A DNA stretch of 64,000 nucleotides, from contig NW_002060945.1 in NCBI RefSeq assembly GCF_000150275.1, positions 3,557,172 to 3,621,171 of the forward strand, in the 5' to 3' direction. Position 1 is the stretch's first letter. Each line of letters begins with the position of its first letter. Below, piece by piece: positions 53,768 to 64,000 of the stretch. This stretch comes from Trichoplax adhaerens (Eukaryota; Animalia; Placozoa). The notes under the pieces were generated by a model, which had not been told where the DNA came from, ran no database searches, and saw only the letters and a program-made list of their open reading frames with translations. Position numbers and translations under genes: made by a program.

Positions 53768-54315
53768 AGTTTTTACTCACCAAAAAGACCGAAATACATT
53801 AATCACAAAAGATTGATTTTATTACATTATAAAATCAAAATTCATACAATAAATTCTTGCTGGCTCTCAGCAATAATCTTATGAGAATTTTTAAGGCTGG
53901 ACACTAAATAAATCATTCAGGTTCCAATGTTTTCGATTTCGTCATTAATATATCCTTTTTGTGCACAGTAGCTTAGGTAAATGAACATAACTAAAGCTAT
54001 ATAAATATTACAGATTTTGAATAGAATTCTGTACCGTAAAATCTCTTATAATAGTAGGATAAATTAAAACTGTAATCGTAAATTACTATCAAGTTATATG
54101 CGCTATCGCATTCGAATATATTACATGTTGACTGCTAGCACCAGTGATACAATAATTAATAATGAATGATTACTGCACGTACTAGTTTCTTACGATAATT
54201 AGGTGCGCAATCATGCGCGTAAATACCAATGAAAAATAATCTTAACTTTAAATATACGATTATTTTGTAGTTAATGAATGAATAAGCCAACATATTATAT
54301 AGCTCAATTTAACAG

Positions 54316-57078
<2,763 letters not shown>

Positions 57079-57371
57079 TTTATCCTATTAAAATTTGCAA
57101 TTATAACCATGATTGATATGTGAAAAATTTCATGGTAATAAACACTTTTATTATTCAATAGGAATTAATTAGCAAAAGAAGGTAATAACGATTCCTTTCC
57201 TAAAGGGAATTAGTGGCATATTATGCATCATCGTAATCACTTGGTGCCACCAAGCGATCACGTCTTTCAACAATATAAAGTGCTATCCTGACTTTTATCA
57301 TTCCATACAAGGGAATGATCGATTGCTGTTTCTGTGTCATGTCTATCGCTATCTAGGTACTGTACTGTACG

Positions 57372-58030
57372 ATATAATCTGTTCTTCAAGACTATAATAG
57401 TAATAATACCCAGCCTATATTATACTCTCTACGAGTGTCCAACGTGTACTGTATATGCAATTTATTCTGCAGTATGGCATTGTATCCTTCTACTGTACGT
57501 ATTATAATACAGTATCGATCTTTCAATGGTGTTACTCTTTGCCATTTCTTAAAATCTCTCTTATGCTTTACCTAATTTCTTTTTTCATATCATATCAATC
57601 TATTCTTCAAGACTATCATACCAGCCTACATTATACTTTCTACAAGTGTACAACGTGTACTTTATGTGCAATTTATTCTGCAGTATGGCATTGTATCCTT
57701 CTACTGTACGTAGCATAATACAGTATCGATCTTTCAATGGTGTTACTCTTTGCCATTTCTTAAAATCTCTCTTATGCTTTACCTAATTTCTTTTTTCATA
57801 TCATATCAATCTATTCTTCAAGACTATCATACCAGCCTACATTAACTCTCTACAAGTGTACAACGTGTACTTTATGTGCAATTTATTCTGCAGTATGGCA
57901 TTGTATCCTTCTACTGTACGTAGCATAATACAGTATCGATCTTTCAATGGTGTTACTCTTTGCCATTTCTTAAAATCTCTCCTATGCTTTACTTGCACGC
58001 TTTACCTAATTTCATTTTTTCATATCATAT
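57372..58030. repeat. ~210-bp tandem repeat, 3 copies
   Basis: tttattctgcagtatggcattgtatccttctactgtacgta...atcgatctttcaatggtgttactctttgcc at 57461, 57672 and 57882. Probably within a 5'UTR intron of CNPPD1 (minus donor near 58236). Confidence 0.95.
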
Positions 58031-58379
58031 CACGCTTCTCTCTCGCTACAGTACATACAGTAGACGCTTGAAACATTTTCGCGGATTTTCTCACGTTGAA
58101 TGACTAAGGTAAAGCTTTTGAATTTTCTTCTACAGGACACTATCTTGTCTAATTCTTGACTGAGACGATGAACTCATCATCTTTACAATATCACCATTAC
58201 TTGGATAGGACTACGCTCTCAATTACGCTTTCTTACCTGATGGTGGACGGCTTTGGGGGTCGATTTATTTGAAAGTGCTTTCGCCAAGGTTACGTCAGGA
58301 TAAGTGATAGTACAGCAGGGAGAAATTTGATTTTACTCAGTGGCGCTAACTTGCTATTACAGACGAGTGCCGTAACAGC

Positions 58380-59400
58380 AAACTGTACTGCATACTAGAC
58401 CTGAGAAAGGTTCGGTTCAAACCGTGTACAGTGCACACTGTACAGTAAGTACAGTACTATGAACTGTACTATGAACTTGTAGCAGAATTTTCTCTTGCAA
58501 GTACAGTAAGTCCCTGACAGCACTCAGTACACAATACAAAATGACCTTGGCAACGATGAAAACAGTTGAAAACACTGAGAACTAAGAACCTGTCCAGTAC
58601 AGTACAGTGTACTGGAGTTGCACAGGACCGTACTGTACACTGTACACTGTACAGCTTGAGTCCTTTCTTTTCACATACAGTACTGTACTGTACAGTACTG
58701 CAAGTCAGTGAATCAAAATATCGCAGTTTTTAGACCTGATTCTTGGAGTTTTTAGACGTGTCGATAGATGAAGATTTCAAGAATATGTATGTGCAGTATT
58801 CTGTAGTCCATGAGGCCCCGCTAGTTTCCCCATACGTTGATGAAACTCTACTTCTGCCACACCGCAGAACCAGTCTATCTGTCACAGCATACAGTAATTG
58901 ACAATTTTCAACACTATTAATTGAACGTACTGTACAGTACAGTATGGGGAACTAGCGGGGCCTGATGACCATGGACCAATGAACATGTACAGTACATTGT
59001 ACAGTACGTACAGTGTACAGTATACAGTCGTAATGATCACTCTTGGACGGACAGATATTTTTTCGCCCAATCTCGTCCAAATAGTGTGCCAAACTCTTCG
59101 CTATGACAGTACTTTAGTATGCAGACCCTCAATCTTGAATCGACCCATTTTTCTCAATGATGTCATACAGTATTATCTTGAGTCTGTTGCTAACTTCTGC
59201 TTGAAAAAAGTCATACAAGATCGCAGACGTTATTTAAATTAGTACCGGTGATTTCGAAAAATAGCCACGGAAGATCCATACTACTATAATGGAGAGATTG
59301 GATCAGTCCCTGTACTGTCTGTCCCACGCATGGCTGCGACTTTACAGTGTACAGTACAGTGTCACCAGCCATGTACTGTACACTGTACACTGTACATAGT
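58380..59400. promoter_or_regulatory. Bidirectional promoter region CNPPD1/NABP, TACAG/CTGTA-rich
   Basis: Dense gtacagtacagt and gtactgtacactgtac runs between head-to-head genes. Confidence 0.55.
58806..58976. repeat. GC-rich inverted repeat (~30-bp arms, ~105-bp spacer)
   Basis: gtccatgaggccccgctagtttccccatac (58806-58835) is nearly the reverse complement of gtatggggaactagcggggcctgatgaccatggac (58942-58976). Confidence 0.85.
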
Positions 59401-59637
59401 GGTGTCCACTTCGGTCTACTCATCGTCGAGAAAATAGTTTGGATGGCCAATTACAATTATTATTATTATTATTGCAGTCCAAATCAGCCAAGAAGAAAAC
59501 TTTCAACTTCCTCTTTATTTGTCTTACTGTATAGAGTTGGAAATTGTACGCCATCTTGACTGATGGATGCATAGGCTATCGTGGTATCAAGGCAATTTCT
59601 ACCTTTACTGTAAGATATATTAATCAACTCTTTCAAC

Positions 59638-62258
<2,621 letters not shown>

Positions 62259-63891
62259 TGACATCTATATGTTATATACTCGTAGGAGGCATCAAAATCT
62301 GAAACAATAACTTAAATCTGAAATTCCAGTGATGTATTTGGATGACCTTCATGAACAGGAAACTGTTCGTGACTGCAAAATAAACTATATGCATTTATAC
62401 CTTATAAGCGACGTTTTCCATTGATTTGAAATAATACAGCTATGAAGACAGTTTACATGTCTGAAAGTTAGTATTGTTAATAAATTTATACTTAGAACTT
62501 ATAGCAACCGTTTCGGTGACAACAGTAAAATACTGCTGCTTTTATGTCGTTTATAACCTGAATTATCGTATCTTATGTCATGCTCATTTGTAGCAGTCCC
62601 GTCTTTGCACCATATATTAAATTCAATTGATATTTAATTTCTAATAGCTACCCCACGCACATTTATGCAATAATAGCCCTATCTTTGGATCATATTGAAA
62701 TTCAGTTAGGATTTAATTTCTAATGGTTAAGCCTATGTTATTATAAACAATTTATATTAATGCCTGTTTTTGCCATCGCAATCAGTTAAAGCCTTCGAGT
62801 AATACGAGCACGAGTAGATATTGTAGTAAGATCTATACTGTAACGCATACACTTACAGTATCATTTTTCGAATGATGACCGTACTTTATATGGTATACAG
62901 ATGCATCACAATTCCCTTTATATCAAATCATGTTCGCAATAGATTTAAAATTCAGAAATAGCAGCTATAAAATACTATGCTAAATACACAGTAAAACACT
63001 ACACGCTGAGTATAGCACAAGGATGAACGAAATTGCAAGATTCTCAGGCTTGATGAGAAAGTAAGGAAATACGAGATAAAATGGTATACACGACAGTACA
63101 CATCTTACTTGCGACAATTGTATTTATTAACAAATTAAAAGAGGTCAGTCTGTAATCAAGAAACGTTAATAATATACTTTTATCATTGATTGCAATCAAA
63201 TACGTGATCGTATTCACGTTCAGCAAATGTTTATAATATTAATATATCTCAGGTTATTACTGATATGACATATGTATGCTACTTTATGAATTATATTATC
63301 ATTACATTACCGAAATAAACACTAGTTTCTTTTGTTAGTGTTTAGAAGAATTAGCTAAGATTCAATCAGACATTGGTTCTACTAACACTAATAGAATATG
63401 TTCGTGAATTATAAGGAAAAAATTATAGTATCAAAGCGTATTACAAACAAGATCCAGCAAAGTTTGCAACTACTACCTACGATAGATTGTTAATTCAAGA
63501 TTCTGGAATCAATATATGATTACTCGCATGGCAAGATGACGAGGAATTTGAATTTTACAAATAATACAATATCATGAATAAATTTTTAAGCAATTTTCAG
63601 GCCATGGCGAGAGATTCACCAAGAAAAACATCAAAATGGAAATACGCGTACTACTTATAATATGTAATTCTAAGCTTTGTACTAAATTACGGCGTAAATA
63701 TGTAAAATACTCTACGTATATCACTATATGCTACGAATTTAGTATCAATCATTCAGGAGACACACTTGAATTTTATCATTTACAATGGCGTTCTAAAAGT
63801 AAAATAGTATTCTTAGTATGCAATTGAAAAATGATGTAGTTCTTACGAAATCAGCCATAATTTTATGTACTGCATTAAATATGCAAAACTT

Positions 63892-63944
63892 TTATACTGT
63901 ATCTAGATCAAGAATTAACGTGTTATTGCCAATACTTAATGTCT
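63892..63944 (-). other. Possible terminal exon of a gene entering from the right edge (..TLSIGNNTLILDLDTV*)
   Basis: Good minus-strand acceptor ttttacttcttatag at 63945 and a short open frame. No homology recognised. Confidence 0.15.
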
Positions 63945-64000
63945 CTATAAGAAGTAAAATCAATTCATATATTGAATTCGTCTGTGACTCGCGATCATGA

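Noticed and set aside
57175-57265. U12 snRNA-like AATAACGATTC followed by hairpins
   Set aside because: It lacks the U12 5' end (TGCCTTAAA...GAGTAAGGA) and an Sm site.

Overview
AT-rich eukaryotic (early-branching animal) genomic DNA with very many short GT-AG introns. Composition, intron size and gene content fit a placozoan such as Trichoplax, but that is inference. Eight spliced protein-coding genes can be assembled by hand: DIP2 (-), a ~1,500-aa tandem double-MLCK-type kinase (-), RNASEK (-), puromycin-sensitive aminopeptidase NPEPPS (+), a 53-aa DUF4748-like single-pass microprotein (-), AAMP (+), CNPPD1 (-) and NABP/SOSS-B (+). RNASEK and the microprotein are absent from the ORF track. 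The most striking item is the kinase: Ig-Ig-Ig-FN3-SH3-kinase-CaM site-Ig-acidic-kinase-CaM site-Ig-FN3, with two intact-looking catalytic domains sharing intron positions and a recently duplicated 27-nt microexon. Dense TACAG/CTGTA motif clusters mark all three head-to-head promoters, and two orphan clusters predict unannotated transcripts. NPEPPS shows 3'-biased intron loss and a likely dual-targeting N-terminus. Several tandem repeats and one GC-rich inverted repeat are present. No rRNA, tRNA, CRISPR array or transposase was recognised. Exon boundaries were read by eye and may be off by a few bases.
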